NCBI GenBank assembly: GCA_013265495.1
Contig: MU061579.1
Span: 5,764,963 to 5,828,962, forward strand
Source of the DNA: Vicugna vicugna
Taxonomy: Eukaryota
Direction: 5' to 3'
Length of the DNA stretch: 64,000 bases
Every line of letters begins with the position of its first letter. Position 1 is the stretch's first letter. Shown here piece after piece: positions 1-14,149 of this stretch. Made by a program: the position numbers and the translations under genes. The notes under the pieces are model-generated. The model did no database searches. It was given only the letters and a program-made list of their open reading frames with translations, and was not told the origin of the DNA.

Positions 1-190
1 TCTTCTAGTTCCTTGGGATACACCAGTGAACAAAACAGGTAAAATACATTTCCATGCGTCTTATATTTTGTTGGATGTGAGGCGGGAATGAGGCCAACTG
101 CAGTCAAGTATTCATGCTATGTTATCCTGTCTCTGAATAAATGTTGGAAAGAATGTACTCCCCATCTAAAACTTAGCAGTTGTATTAAGA

Positions 191-192
<2 letters not shown>

Positions 193-228
<36 letters not shown>
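193..228. repeat. (AC)14 followed by (AT)4 compound microsatellite
   Basis: Directly visible dinucleotide runs. Confidence 0.95.
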
Positions 229-1246
229 TTTTTAAGCAGTAGAAATGTATTTATATCTTATTAAGATGCACTTAGAATCTCCTATCAAGACATATTTACA
301 ATCCCTGGTTTAACCCACTGATTTTTGTTCTATTTGGGTCCTGCTGATGCAGGTGCCAGGGATAGAAAGAAAGTAACTTTTAAACATTTTCATGGCTCAA
401 ATTAATTTTAATAGATAGCGCTAATAAATTTAGTTTATTCGAATACAGCATGACAGAGCATCTAAACAATTAATTCTTATGAAGACATAAAATCCTAGCT
501 TTTGAAAATTTGGAGGAAATACATCAGTATAATAATGAAAAAATGAATACTGAGCTTCTTAAATACCAGGAAAACATCAAAACATATCTTGTTGATAAAT
601 TTGATGGAACTATTATATTTTAAATATTAAAAAAAGTGATGAAATGTCATCCTGAGGCAGTTATCTGATGGGTCTTGCTGTTAGACATTCTGCAGACCTC
701 ATAAATCATGAGTCCAGTTTTAACTACACCTAAGTTCCTATAGATTTACCCATTTTTTCCATATATGCCATGAAAATTGCTGTGTGTTTGAAAAATTTAC
801 ACCATTCAATAAGTGGAAATATATTTTATGGAAGGAGGAGAAACTGATAGAAGATAGATTCATGAAAGACATGGGAATAGCACAAGGCATAAACAACCAC
901 AAGTGTCTGAGGCTTTTCTCTGAGCTCACACAAATTTGCAGTCCTTTGAAAATAATGCTTATTGTCTTGCGTGTTTAGCACTCATAGCTTTTAGCTGAAA
1001 TGAAAAAATGAAAATGGAAAAAAAAAAACCCTAGGATTCTCTTTTTGAGCATTTTTCCTGTAGAGATTCATTGTTTAAAACTGAGGAAAAAAATACATTT
1101 ACACAATTTTAGTAACCAAAATTTAACATAAAAACATAGTTTGCAAATTACTAAATAGGTATCTGACTCTTTAAATAAATGATAAACTTTTATAGTGATT
1201 TTCTTTTTAATTCCACGAGGTTCGTTCTTTCTCTGTTTGCAGTGCA

Positions 1247-1435
1247 CAGTTGACCCTTGAACAACACAGGTTTGAACTGAGCAGGCTGAACTTGGTGCAG
1301 TTAATTTTCAGTAGTCAGAATTACAGCACTACATGGTCTGTAGTTGGTTGCATCCACAAATGCCGGGCAACAGTGGATACAGGCCAACTGTAAGTTATAT
1401 TCTAATTCACTCCCTTGCTGTCCAAGGATTAACTG
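1247..1435. mobile_element. Tigger2/MER8-like non-autonomous Tc1-mariner DNA transposon fossil
   Basis: Starts CAGTTGACCCTTGAACAAC and ends GCTGTCCAAGGATTAACTG (degenerate terminal inverted repeat), followed by TA. Confidence 0.8.
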
Positions 1436-1535
1436 TATATTTAATGATTAGGTGTCAACCACTGTGAAAAATGCTGGAGAACAAAAGAGTGGGGCAGTCT
1501 TTGCAGTCTTTATGCTTTGGGAGTTTGGTCCAGTA

Positions 1536-1813
1536 CAATGGTTTTTAAACAGCGTACGTGTGTTGTGGGGGGAGAGACTTTTGTTTTCCAGCCACCTCCC
1601 TACTCCCCACCCCTCACCCTCCACCCAGGGGAATTTGGCAGTATCTGGGGATATTTCTTCTTATTGCAACTTGAGGGAAGAGAAGGTGCTACAATCAGGT
1701 AGTGAGTACATGCTAGGAGTGCTGTTAAACATCCCACAGTTCATAGAACAGGCTCCCACAACAAATAATGATCAAAACCAAAATGTCAACGGGGCTAAGG
1801 TTGGGAGACTCTG
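1536..1813 (+). mobile_element. MER20-like hAT-Charlie fossil
   Basis: CAATGGTTTTTAAAC start, CCCAGGGGAATTTGGCAGTATCTGGGGATATTT core and CCAAAATGTCAAC...AAGGTTGGGAGACTCTG end resemble MER20 as recalled. Confidence 0.75.
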
Positions 1814-2724
1814 ACTGCAGAGCAATACGTGACTGAAAGTCAGAGTTAGGTCTAGGAATACGAACGAACCTTTGAGATGCTCTTTCCAAGGATATCACCT
1901 AAAATGTACCTAATTCTGACTAGTTATTGTGGGCTTAGACTAAGAATAAAAGATAGGGGGCATTGGATTAAGACACCTGGACTCAATTCTTCTATCACTC
2001 ATTTCTTCTTCTGTAAAATTGAGAACATAGAAAAAATATAGGATTTTTCTGAGTCTAATGGAGCTAAAGTGTATAGTATGCCTGCTATATGGAGACATTC
2101 AATAAATTTCAATTAAATTACATTTTCATTTGTGTTCTGCCTAGAGCATAGCATGAGGTAAGCACTTGGTTACAGGATTGTAGGTGATAGATTGGTATAC
2201 GGGGTAGGTGATCCCCAGAGGCAGAAAGGAGACGGCTTTAAGAGAGAGAGTCAAAGAAGGAGGATATGGCCATATGAGGGTGTATTATTGAGTTTGTTGA
2301 CATCACTGCCATGAGATAGAGAGGTTATGCTGGTGGTATCTTCCGAAAGCCCACAGAATTCTTCCCAGAGCTGTATATATTGGGAACAAAAGGGCAAGGA
2401 TATTTATATCCAGAATGTTATTCACCCTTCCTTGGAAATTTCCCTAAGGATGTTTGCTTGGCCATTCAGCCTTGCTTGCATAGCAGCTGAGGGCTGGATG
2501 AGCTCCCTGCTTTGGAGAAGCCCTAGGTTAAACAGCTGTACTGACTACACTGAACAAGGGATGTTGGCTTGGAGGGGTGAGGCTGAGCTCCCACTGAACC
2601 GCGTCTACAACAGAAATCAGTTGCGACTTAAACTGTGGCAAGAGCAACAGAGATCTTTTTTTTTTACCTCTTTAAAAAAAAATTATAGTGGTAAAATAAT
2701 ACATAAAGTAAATTTGCAATCTTA

Positions 2725-2910
2725 ATTTTTTGTAGTTATTATAAAATATCAACTATATTCCCCATATTGTACAATATATCCTTGTAGCTTATTTTGTACA
2801 TAACAGTTTGTACCTCTAACTCCCCTACCCATATATTGCCTCTTCCCCTTCCTTTTCCCCACTGGTAATCACAGTGAGTTCTCTATATTTGTGAGTCTAC
2901 TTCTTTTTTG
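2725..2910 (-). mobile_element. Old L1 (L1MA-like) 3'UTR fragment
   Basis: CTTGTAGCTTATTTTGTACATAACAGTTTGTACC...CCCCACTGGTAATCAC...CTCTATATTTGTGAGTCT is homologous to the reverse complement of the L1 3'UTRs elsewhere in this window. Confidence 0.7.
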
Positions 2911-5900
2911 TGAGCACTAACTACACCTCCCATGGCAATTTATGATACAAACATCTTAAAACTGTAGTTCAAGACAAAGGCAGTCAGCACTTTGCAAACA
3001 AAGTGTGTGGAAACAGGAGACACCCAAAGAGAATTGTTTCCCACAGTGACTACTCAACACAGTATTAATCCATTCTATTTTAACAATACAATAATGTCTC
3101 AGGGTGAGAATACAGTTGAATGTACCTGGTTTATATTCAATTATATCAGAGATTATTTGAAGAATTAGAAAAAATGTTAATCAATGAATTTTAAACACCT
3201 ACTATACTTGATATTGGATGGAAAATGTTGGAAATTTTGTTATTGATACAATCAATAAAGTTAGCAGTGAATCTTAAAACTTAAATTTATAGAGCTCTCT
3301 AAAATGTGACACACATGAAACAGCTTAAAATCAAAAGAAAAACAGTGATTTATAATAAGGATAAACGCTGAAATCCATTGGAATAAAACTAGGGAAAAAA
3401 AGACTCCCCGGGTTTTCTCTCCACCTCTCACCTTGTTCCTCACAGCATCATTATTCTCTGACTCTGAGGACAGAAATTCTCTGCCTTTGTATTGTGCATA
3501 GAAGATGAAAGGTGCTCACCTCACAATATCTAGTTACAGCAACCCGAGGAGAGACCTAGACTTTCCCTCCGTATCAAAAATTCGAACACCTAGGGAAATA
3601 AATGATTTGGCCCACTCTGGGCTCATCAATTACACAAGGCTCGGGGATGTGGCACATGGTGGGATACACTTCACATTGTGCAGAATGTAGCCCAAGATTC
3701 TTTTTCTGTAATTTTGTGGATAAGGAAGAAGGAAGCAGAAAAGGCAATTCTCAGAGTGCAGGGTTGGCCAAATCTAATTATTGTCTTTCACGTATTTCCA
3801 CTGTTCCTTTTCATATACAATGATTTCTTTACAACTTGGACTATAGGAAGCAAAGCACACTCTTTATCATGCTCCTGATACAGAGAGAGAGAGAAAAAGT
3901 GACTTAAGTCTCTGCCATCCTAAGTGGTTTTCCCTGGGATGAAAGAGTTCAACTGTCATTCTAAGCGACACACAATTTCTTATGTCTTAGACACTCTGTC
4001 GATCAGGATGTGAGTTATTAACAAGAACACCTGAAATGTAGAAAGCGTCTTTCAGTTTATAAAGATTGATTCTCGGACCGATATTATAATATCGGTCTTT
4101 GTTAGTTTTGGTCAGCCTGAATGGTCGGTCATCTATTTAAAAATCTGATAACGGCAAAAAAAAAAAAAACCACTATAAACACAAACACTACAAACATGAT
4201 CATAGTCTATCTAGTCAGTCTTAGGCAAGGTCACCTGTTTTAGTGAGCACATGTTTACATGTTTAACACAGTGGAAAGGCATTGCTTGGCACAGTACCTA
4301 CAGCATCAAATATCTTCATCAAAATTTACTTTTGTATAAAATATTAACTACTGGTTTTCTACTTTTGTTATTAAGGACAAAGACATCCATATAGAAAATA
4401 CTATCACATACTTTTGAAACAATTTCCAAATTCGTAAAGTACGGAATACATGGTTCAGATCTTTACCATTTTCAAAATCTAAGAGTTGCATAATTTGTTT
4501 AGTAAATGACCCATGCAGTATAATAGATGCTTGTAAGATAAGCTTTGAATTGTATTATGATCTTTTGAGCTGAAATATACATTTATTATATATTTGGATA
4601 ATTAATGATCCCTTGCATACATAATGCTCAGTATTTGACTCCTTGGAATATATATAACTATATATATATATATGTATATAAATGTCTATTCTCTCTTTTT
4701 TGCCTGCATTTAAGTGCATTTATTTACCCCTCCAGCCTAAATGAGAAATGTCTCTTTTAAGATGAGTGACAATTACTCTGAAAAATACAGACCTCACTAA
4801 AATTGTCCAGCTAGAGGCATCAAAGGTGAAGGGGGCTTAGATAAGTGGGGGAGAAATGGCCTTACAGTGTACTTTTAATTTTATATCTCTGCTTCACGTT
4901 TTAATTTGCTCCCATGTGCTCATTGGTCCATTCAAAATCCTGATGATATGTTGATTATAGTCACTTAAGAATTAAGCACCTGTCTCATGGTTCAGTGACT
5001 TGGAAAAACCACCATGGGTCGGAAAAACACTCAAAGAAACAAGCAAAGGCCTCCTTCTTCCTTTCTTTCACATTACATGAAAAACCTTCAGAGAACAATA
5101 GCAGATCTGTATTCTTGAAATTATATAGAAAGTTTAAAAGGAAATAAACAAAACTACCTTCATAATGAATTCTGAACCACTAGCAGCACTGTAAAATCAC
5201 ATTACACAATACTCTTTTGCATACATTACGTAACATGATCAGTTGATGTAGAAAGAGGAGTCTCCTCCACTGAGGTAAATATAAGAATTGAGAAGAAACA
5301 GATGATGAGACACAAGACTTTTATTAGCGTTTTATAGTGTAAATTGCTTGGATTTTGTAACAAGGCATTGGAAAATAGTATATGATGAAAAATCTCTTAG
5401 GGCTTTCAGTAAAATAGAATTTTTCTGTGCTCGAATACAAATGTGGAACTTCTACTGACAGGGGAGGGGAAAAAGGCATCTGGGACTGAATTTCTCCCCA
5501 TGGAAATAAAAGAACATTTGACTCCATAATGGAGTGGAATGGAATTTCAATAACAGATCCCTTTTAGTGACTCTACTGGAAGCATAAATTTATAAATTTT
5601 ACATAAATAGGATACTGTTTTAATATGCTTGAGCTGTTCCCTTATGCTAACTTTACTGTCAATATTTTCCAGTTTTCTCTGCACCAATACCTTGCATTAA
5701 ACCACCTTTTTCATTATCATCAGAACTGGCATATGTTATCCAGTATTTTGAAAGTCTCTCAGGCTCAGAAGAGACTGAAAAGCTATCTGATTTCTGGAAA
5801 TCCATGGAGATGCTTGATACCTTTCTGGCACACAACCAGAATAAACTGCTTACGTGGCCATCTCTCCCTGATGTAGTGCATCCCATGAAACTCACTGACA

Positions 5901-7544
5901 TAATTCCATTATTGAGATGATAGATATTCTTTTACTCAATTCAGAAAAGTCAAATTGGATTCAAGAGACTAGCGTGAAAGTTTTAAAGTCTCTTCTACTC
6001 ATGAAATGAACCCAGAACTTATTTCTAAAATACAAAATGAAAACACTCTAACCATACTGTTCTATTGACAGTATTCTATTCAAGTTATTTTGTCCACCAT
6101 GCTACTAAATTCGATAACCTGGTAGTATATCCATTTTGGCTATTATGAGGCAAACCACCAGACAGACATAGTTTATTTAAACCTAATCTTTTTATCAGAC
6201 ACAGTTCCCTCACTCAATTTAATCTGTTAGTAGAATTCAGGATTACACAGTCTACCCCCTTACACCAAATATATACAGAAACCTCACACCCCATTTTACT
6301 GACAATTTACAAAATAGTGGCAAATGTGCACTAAAAGTTCTAGATCACAGGTGTGTGTGTGTTACAGTCCAAGATGTTTACTGGGAGGCTGCACACTCAT
6401 CCAGTCCTAGTGCCATTGCCCATGGCACTGCCTTTAAACATTATCCTGGAGATGACTCTGTTTTTCACCAGTAAAGAAGCTGAAAAAATTATTTTTCCCG
6501 AAAAGTATTAAAGAATAGATTTTTTTAAAGGCTGTAGTTTAGGCTACATCTTTTCTCGAATTATTTTTAAAACTTCCTTATTATTGAATCTGTATCTACT
6601 TATTGAATCTAAATCTGTAATACATCCTCCACACCATAGCCAGAGAAGTCCAACCAACTTGTCTGGGCATGCTATTCACCTATTCAAAGTGCTTCAAAAG
6701 AATCTATCCTGTATATGAATATCTATTCTGATTGAGTCACAATAGAACTCTGTTATTTGCTTTTTAGTGTTGCTACCTCTGTCACTGGGATGCTCTTAGA
6801 GTCCATCTAGCCTACATTCTTTGACAGATCATCCCAAATCTTATACTCCAAATTTGGTGAATATATGATTAGCTGGATTCCAATTCTATTAACATTAAAA
6901 CAAAACTAGAGAAACTTGCTTTTATTTATATAGCATTTTTGTCTATTTCCTATGTGCCCCCCAGTAGAATATAAATTCCCAGGTGGCACAAAATACGTTG
7001 TATTAACATTTGGAGAAATCATGTAACCTAGGATGATGCCTGGATCAAAATTTTAAAATTTCAAAATAAATTTAAAAATAGAATACATTTTTATTTTAAA
7101 AAATGATCTTATAGGTATATCTACAAACATTTTTATAATTTCCAGATTTAAAGCCTCCTTCCAAAAAATAAGGATTGAATTCATTTAAAATTCTTCTATA
7201 GGAATTAAGAATCTTTCCAAATCAATGGTATTAAATATTTTTCTCCATTAATGTTTTGAAACAAAATGACATGACTGAACTTTTTGTCTGGTTTCCATGG
7301 GCAATCCCCACAGGAATATATTCATTGCATTAAAATGTTTTTTGCATTGTGTATTGTTTGTCTGCCTAACATTTTGTATAACTGTAAAGATTAAACAAAT
7401 CTCACAATTATTTAATATTTGAAAAGCCTCCATACTGGTAATTTTTCCTATAGTGTTAAATATTTATAACATGATAACATATTGAAATAGCAATCATTGT
7501 ACTTTACTTTTTAACTCTTGTTTGTATATGACTCTTCTTGTTGT

Positions 7545-7722
7545 ATCTTATTTCAACGGTAGCTGCATGCTAAACTCCCCAGGCAACTTTAAAAAAAAAA
7601 CAAAACACTGATTTTTAGGCTACATTCCAGAGAAATTAGATATGATTCATGAGTTGGTGCATGAATATTGGTAATTTTAAATTCCAGTTGATTCTAATGT
7701 ATAGCCAGGTCTGAGAATCACT
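7545..7722. mobile_element. MER5-like hAT fossil
   Basis: Ends GATTCTAATGTATAGCCAGGTCTGAGAATCACT, typical of the MER5 terminus. Confidence 0.6.
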
Positions 7723-8358
7723 ATTTTAGTGGGAGAAGTATCCACATTTCTTCCGGGAAATTTAGGCTTGTTATAAACGATCTGTACAAACACAACAAAT
7801 AATAAAACCAAAATTTTGATTTCTAAGAGCTGGTTGTGCTGAGAGTAGAAAGGTCTCGAAGTAATCAGAATGGAAGACTCTGAGGGAGTCAAGGCAACAG
7901 TTTTTTATTACAACAATCTGGAAGACTTAAGAGCAAAATCAGATTATTCAGCTCTGCAGGGATTCACAGGACTGAATAGTTGGAGAAGAGAAGGACATGA
8001 TTTTGGAGCAGATCTGAGAAGCCTGAGACAAGGGGATCACGCTCACTGATGGAGAGAGAGAACTGGCGCCTGGAAACTGCCCAAAACCATGCTTGACCAA
8101 TACCTGGGACACCTATGAGAGTCAATGCCTACAAAAAACATGACTTTAAATGAGCACCTTCTGTCAGCAGAGCTGGAGTGCTCTCCTAGCTCAGCACATC
8201 GTCTGGTTGGTCTTTGCTGAGAGGCCTCCACCTACAGCTACCAACATGCTGTCTATGGATGAACAAGAAGTAGTGGTGTCATTCCAGGAAATAAGACTTT
8301 GCCACGGTCCTCTCACAGTATCCCAAGGTGAAGTGTTGATTTTCAAAGCTCTAAGGCA

Positions 8359-8522
8359 GAGGGGGAGGTTAAAGCTCAATGGTAGAGTGCATGCTTAGTA
8401 TGCATGAGGTCCTAAGTTCAATTTCCAGTACCTCCATTAAATAAGTAAATAAATAAATAACCTAATTATCTCCCCCCAGAAAAATAAAAGTAAAAATAAA
8501 TAAAATAAAATATAAAATTTAA
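8359..8522 (+). mobile_element. tRNA-derived SINE, Vic-1-like (camelid), long form
   Basis: GGGGGAGG head, A-box-like AGCTCAATGG, B-box-like GTTCAATTTCC and A-rich tail. TSD AAAGCTCTAAGGCA (8345-8358) / AAAGCCCTAGGGCA (8523-8536). Confidence 0.85.
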
Positions 8523-8866
8523 AAAGCCCTAGGGCATATATAATAGCCCCAAACAGAAAACAGCATAATTAATACTAGAGAGTTATTGCTCATTAGGAAA
8601 GGAATACGCAAGGCACCTGCCCTTGGGTGGTACGGGAGAGTGACAAATTCTTCCCAGTCACATAACCATTCATAAGTGATAGAATTTTACTGATCATGTG
8701 ATTCCATCCTCCATCATGTAATATCATGGCACTATTCCACCTATTTTTGAAAGATTTAAATAATCAAAGAGAGGACTGAGTCATTATTTGTACGTTAAAA
8801 TGTTCAGAATGAAACATAATGACAATTGATAGAATATTTTAAGAGTGGAGATATACGGATTCAGAG

Positions 8867-9489
8867 TGTATTCATTTCTTATTACTACAACAACAAAATA
8901 ACAAATTACTACAAATTTATTAGTGGCTTAAAACAACACAAATTTATTATCTTACAGTTCTGGAAATCAGAAGTGCAGCATTATCTCACTGGCTAAAATC
9001 TACATGTCAACACATTGTATTCCTTTCTGTGGGCTCTAGGGGAAAATCCATTTCTCTGGGCATTCAGGGGTAGGCATGATTCAGTAAGCTCCATGCAATT
9101 GTCCTGGGGTCTCCATTTCCCTGCTCGCTGTAATCTGGGGCTGTCCTTTGCAACTAGAAGTGTCTTTCTCATCCCTGCACACGGCTCCCTACTTTTGAAA
9201 ACTAGCAACAGGGTCTGAAATCCTTCACATGCTGCCATCTCCTTGTCTTCTTCTTCCATTGTTTTACCTCTCTTTGCTTTCTCTTCCACTTTTAAAGACC
9301 TATGTGACTACTGCACTGAACCCACATAGATAATCTAGGATACCCTCCATATTTTAAGGTCAACAAATTAAAACATTAATTCCGTTTGCAACTATAATTC
9401 TCTTTTGTCATGTGATGTTAACACTCACAGATTAAACCCAAGGAATGAGAACAAGCACATCTTTGGGGAGCTATCATTCTGCCTACCCA
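8867..9489 (-). mobile_element. MaLR solo LTR (MLT1D-like)
   Basis: TGTATT...TAACAAATTACTACAAATTT...GTGGCTTAAAACAACACAAATTTATTATCTTACAGTTCTGG start and ATTCTGCCTACC end. Confidence 0.8.
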
Positions 9490-10109
9490 TGAAGCTTTCC
9501 AACAAGATATCTGGGTCTTATTATCACCTTTCACAGAGACTGTGATTGGGAAAATTAAGCCAGTGACTACAAGGTAGGATAAACTCATGCTGGGAAATAG
9601 ACTCAAACTTAGTGGCCTTTGAAATTTAATGATGTATACCCTCATGGAAGACTTCTATTGTCTTATTTAAACTTATTACCTCCTTTACTTATTGAAGGGA
9701 CTGGCTTGATAGTGTGCAAAGTAGAAAATAATTTAATTCTTTCCCACTCCAGCTTTTAGAAGAGTTATGTTGAAAGTCTTCCCCCTGTGTCTGGATGATA
9801 AATTAAAGAAAACCATAGCTTTTAAAATTGTATTCAAGCATTAACAATTCTATTTGCAGGTATTATAATGCTTATTCCAAGCAAATTTTAAATTTGCAAT
9901 CTCATTCTTGCCAAAATGTCTTTATCTTTAGAATGGGGACACATTTCTCACCTACTGTGATAAACTTTAAGGTTCAGTGTTCAGTTATGAACAATATGTA
10001 AGTAATATTCCATAATTGATGTTAAAACACAGAACTTGTATAAGGTAGATTGGATGTGCATAGCAAGGTAAATGCTAGAAGTCTATTTAGTTCCATAATC
10101 TGAGTCATC

Positions 10110-10290
10110 ATCCTGGAACTTTCTTCCTGGTTCTGTGTCCTGGGGCAAATCCCTGAATATTTCTGTGCCTCAGCCTTCTCAGCTGTAAAATAGGGTAATG
10201 ATATAGCCCAAGTCATAAAGTTGAGTATTGTTGAAGTGATACATAACAAGGCATAGAAGCATGCTCCAGTGAAATATGTCCTAATCAGCT
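10110..10290 (+). mobile_element. MIR SINE fragment
   Basis: Core TCTGTGCCTCAGCCTTCTCAGCTGTAAAATAGGGTAATGAT. Confidence 0.7.
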
Positions 10291-13134
10291 GTGAGAATTT
10301 TGTTTGTTTTAATTTCTTCATTTAAATTTTCAACATGCTTAAGTAGAGGTATAGAGATCTGGCATTAAGTTAGACACTAAGGAATAATGCCAGCCTGAAC
10401 ATATAAAACATAGCAGAGCTGCAATCTTTTACATCAGAACAATTTAAGACAATAGGAAGTAGGCATGTACATAGGAAAAATTTTGTTTTGAGTACTAAAA
10501 AAATTTTAAAGAATTATTCTTGTAGTAAATATTACCTGATTTCTTATCCATAATATTTAAAATTGCATGTAACTTGGTTACTCTAGTCATGCTACTTTTC
10601 ATTCCAACCCTTAAAATAATTAAAAACATACTAAGGTAGGTTGTGAAATATTAATGGAACTTAATAAACAACTATTTTTTGTTCTTTCCATATAAAATTA
10701 CTTTTTAAAAAGTTCGTTCCAAATAAAAGATTATACCAAAATCAATAAGCTCAAAGAAGGAAGTCGTCATGTAAGATAGCCATCATTTTTTTTAATGGAT
10801 CAGTTTATTGTTATTAGTATGAAACATTCCTGAAAACTTTTTAACACTGAAGCTGTGGGAAACATATAAAATAGTAAAATATACATATTTTATCAACTAT
10901 TTACTTCCTTAATCTAAACTTTAATTAAGTTTTTGTTTGTTTGTTATTAGTGGGAAGCTGAAGTCTGACTAAGTGGTACAAATACTACAAAGCCACTGGG
11001 CAGGGAGCCTGGGGACAGGACAGGAAGTGCAAGCTAAGCACTTTAATTTTGCAAGTAGAGGGTTCTAAAATCCTAGAATATGATAAATCAAAAATAAATG
11101 AGGGAATTGGTATGGACTTAAAGAAGCAGACTTTAGTGAAATCTTCCTAGGACTTTCAGAGTTTCATTTATTAAATCGGTTAATCTAGGGAAATAGTAGG
11201 ATAGAAAAGATATGAAATAGTCATTCTACACAATAACTGAGATTAACGTTTCTGTTCTTAAATTAATGGAGTGCATTAGCATTTTTTATTAACAAGTAAG
11301 ATTTTTCTGTAACAAAAACAAATTTGGTTTATTTATTATTTACTTTCTTGCAAAATTTATCAATCCCAATAAAAATACAGTATGTATAAATAAGGAAACA
11401 TTATCTGTGCAGTTTTCCAAGAGAATTAGATTGTTTCCAGAAAGAATTCTGTCTGCTAATGGAATTCACTGATGCAAGAAGCTCTTGAGTCAAATATCAT
11501 GCTAAATTCCAAAAAGCACTGTGTAACGTTATGACCAATTATGCTGCTTGTAGCTATCTGGATAAACTAAAGGTAATTAAATCTTCATGCTTCAGGATAC
11601 AAACGGAGAGCCAGCATGCCTCTGCTGCAATTGACTTCATTTGTTAAGTGCTCTATTACTCAAATATCACATAAAATTATCAAAAAGATTGAATATCGGC
11701 AGTACTAGGAACAAAAATGTCCATTGAGACATTTTTGGTACATTTTCAATATGTTATCTGTAAAGGCAAAGCATTAGTATGCTAAATTTCTATTTGGGTT
11801 GATTTTTACTCTCAAAGCAAAAAAATAAAATAAATATTCCATAAAGTAACTCTCAGCCATGTAGGACACCTAATTATATATATACTTGGCCTAAAACTGT
11901 CTATTGAGGTTGACAGAAATGGCCATATTGTTTCAGAAGAGCAGCTCTTAAAGCTTGATAAAAGCAGTTGATGAGGTGTGAGCACTGGATCAGTTTTCTT
12001 TTTCAAGTAGGATTTAATTAGTCAGTTCACACTTCTTCAACAACACATACTACGTTATCAGAAGTTCACAACTGCCCTTTCTCCACTAAAGTTACCTGAG
12101 ACGAAAATAATGCAATGAAAAAAAAATCTCATAAATACATGTAAACACTCCTGCAAATATTGAAAATAGAGGGTAGAAGTAAAGTTTCAATAATAAATTA
12201 ACAATCTGTTAAGTAATACAGATTTCTTGTATATAGATAAGTTGGTAGATCATCTGTTAGTTCTGTGATTGTAAAAAAAAAAACCCACTGTAATATGTTA
12301 TAAAAATATGCTATTAGGTCTTTTATTTGGTTGAGAAATTCTACCAACACTGTATATGTCAGTCCATCCTCACTTCATCATAGACTAACCATCTGCAGAT
12401 GACCCACAGTTAAAATATTGTGAATTTTCATACTGTTAGGTTTTCCCTAAAATGATTGTTTAATCCAAAGAGATAATAAGATACCACTCTTTATAGTGTA
12501 AACTATAAAAACCTTTCCACAGTAAAAATTATCCTTTGTTTATCATTAACAAATTATATATACATATATATAAAATATATGATTATATAATCTTTACATG
12601 CATTATCTAATTTAATTTTTCTCAATCCTATGAAACAGAGGCTGTAATTATCTCTATTTTGGATCTGAGGATGAGAAAGATATATATATATATATAGCTT
12701 GAAACTTTTTCATTCTGAGATCTAAAAGTAAATTCTCTCTCTGTTATATTCATGATTTGTGTGTCTACTTCTGTGACAAATAGAATATGAATGTGTATTT
12801 TTAGTTCTTGTGCAACTAGGTATGTTGAGGTCACGTGTACAAACTGTCTACTGAAGAAAGCACAGTCTGCTATTAAGAAAATAAGATAAAATCTCTCTTT
12901 AAAGAACATGTGTTTTCCTTTGAACTTGAGTTGGTATTTTTGGATGCCTTCATATAAGTATTTAAAGTCATCTCCATTTTCTACTTATTAAATACATATT
13001 TATTTCAAACTAAGTTATCTTTATTGAGAGAAACAGATACAGAACCATGATGCTGCTTTTCCATATGTGATGAGAATTCCACAGACAATTCTACTACTGA
13101 TCAACATGAAGAACGACACTGATGAGAACCTTCG

Positions 13135-13380
13135 TGATGATAGTTGGCATTTACCGAGTACCTACTGTACGACAGAACCTGTGGTAGCCCTTTACATGCA
13201 TTATCTCATTTAATTTTTCTCAATCCTATGAAACAGAGACTATAATCATCCCTACAGAGAAGGAAACTGATGTTTAGTGAGGCTTAGTTACTTTCCCAAG
13301 TTGATACATATATTAAGTTCACAACTTTGATTTGAACTTAGATGTGTGTTTTAGTAAAATGAAAGTCCTTAATTACTCTG
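13135..13380 (-). mobile_element. MIR SINE
   Basis: CATTTACCGAGTACCTACTGT...TTTACATGCATTATCTCATTTAAT...GGAAACTGA...GATTTGAAC. Confidence 0.8.
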
Positions 13381-14149
13381 ATATCAGGATCTAAGAGCAT
13401 TTTAAATTTGAGTTCATCTTCCACTGAAAAACTCTTCACTCAGCAAAAGCCAGTAGCCCCAGCAGAAATCTTAGCTGTCAGAGCCAACTTCACTTTTGTA
13501 TTAGAATGTACAATGATGAGGTCATTGATGTGATGTGTGTTTCCTAGCATTCATGACTGATATAGTGGTACCTTTGTAGAACTTTGGTCACACAGTTTTG
13601 CTGAACTGAATCAACATTTGCAGCCATACAAACTAATTAACAATCAGACATCGATTCATTTGCTAAAGCATGCACAGATGCAAAAGATATCTTTATGTAA
13701 GAGAATATAAATCGACATGTTTTGTGATACGCTTGTGAAAGATAAAAAATAAGACATCTGAATACTTGAAGAGGATGCTAACTGTCACCTGCTTCTGTAT
13801 TTGGAAAACAAGAACTCAGACCTAAATTAATGAGAAATTACCATAACCCCAAGTAACGGCCTGCACAATCTTTGAATATGAAAAATTGAAAAGTAATTTT
13901 CCTGTACGTTAAAAGAAACCTATCGCCCCCAATATCCTGAAACTGATATTAGTAGAAGAGAAAGAAAATGTTTAAAACAGTGGCTTGTTCATTAATCTGA
14001 TCTATGCAACATGATGAATCCAAAAATTTGAAAGAATTGCTCCTTAGGTCTTCACCAAAATAAGCAACTGAAAAGAAATCTGTACTGGTGATGTTCTAGT
14101 CCAACAAACCAAACATAGTTTAACTGTCACAATGTCATCATACAAGAAG

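Noticed and set aside
8359..8435. tRNA gene (also at 29407)
   Set aside because: tRNA-like A and B boxes are followed by A-rich tails and flanked by TSDs, so these are SINEs.
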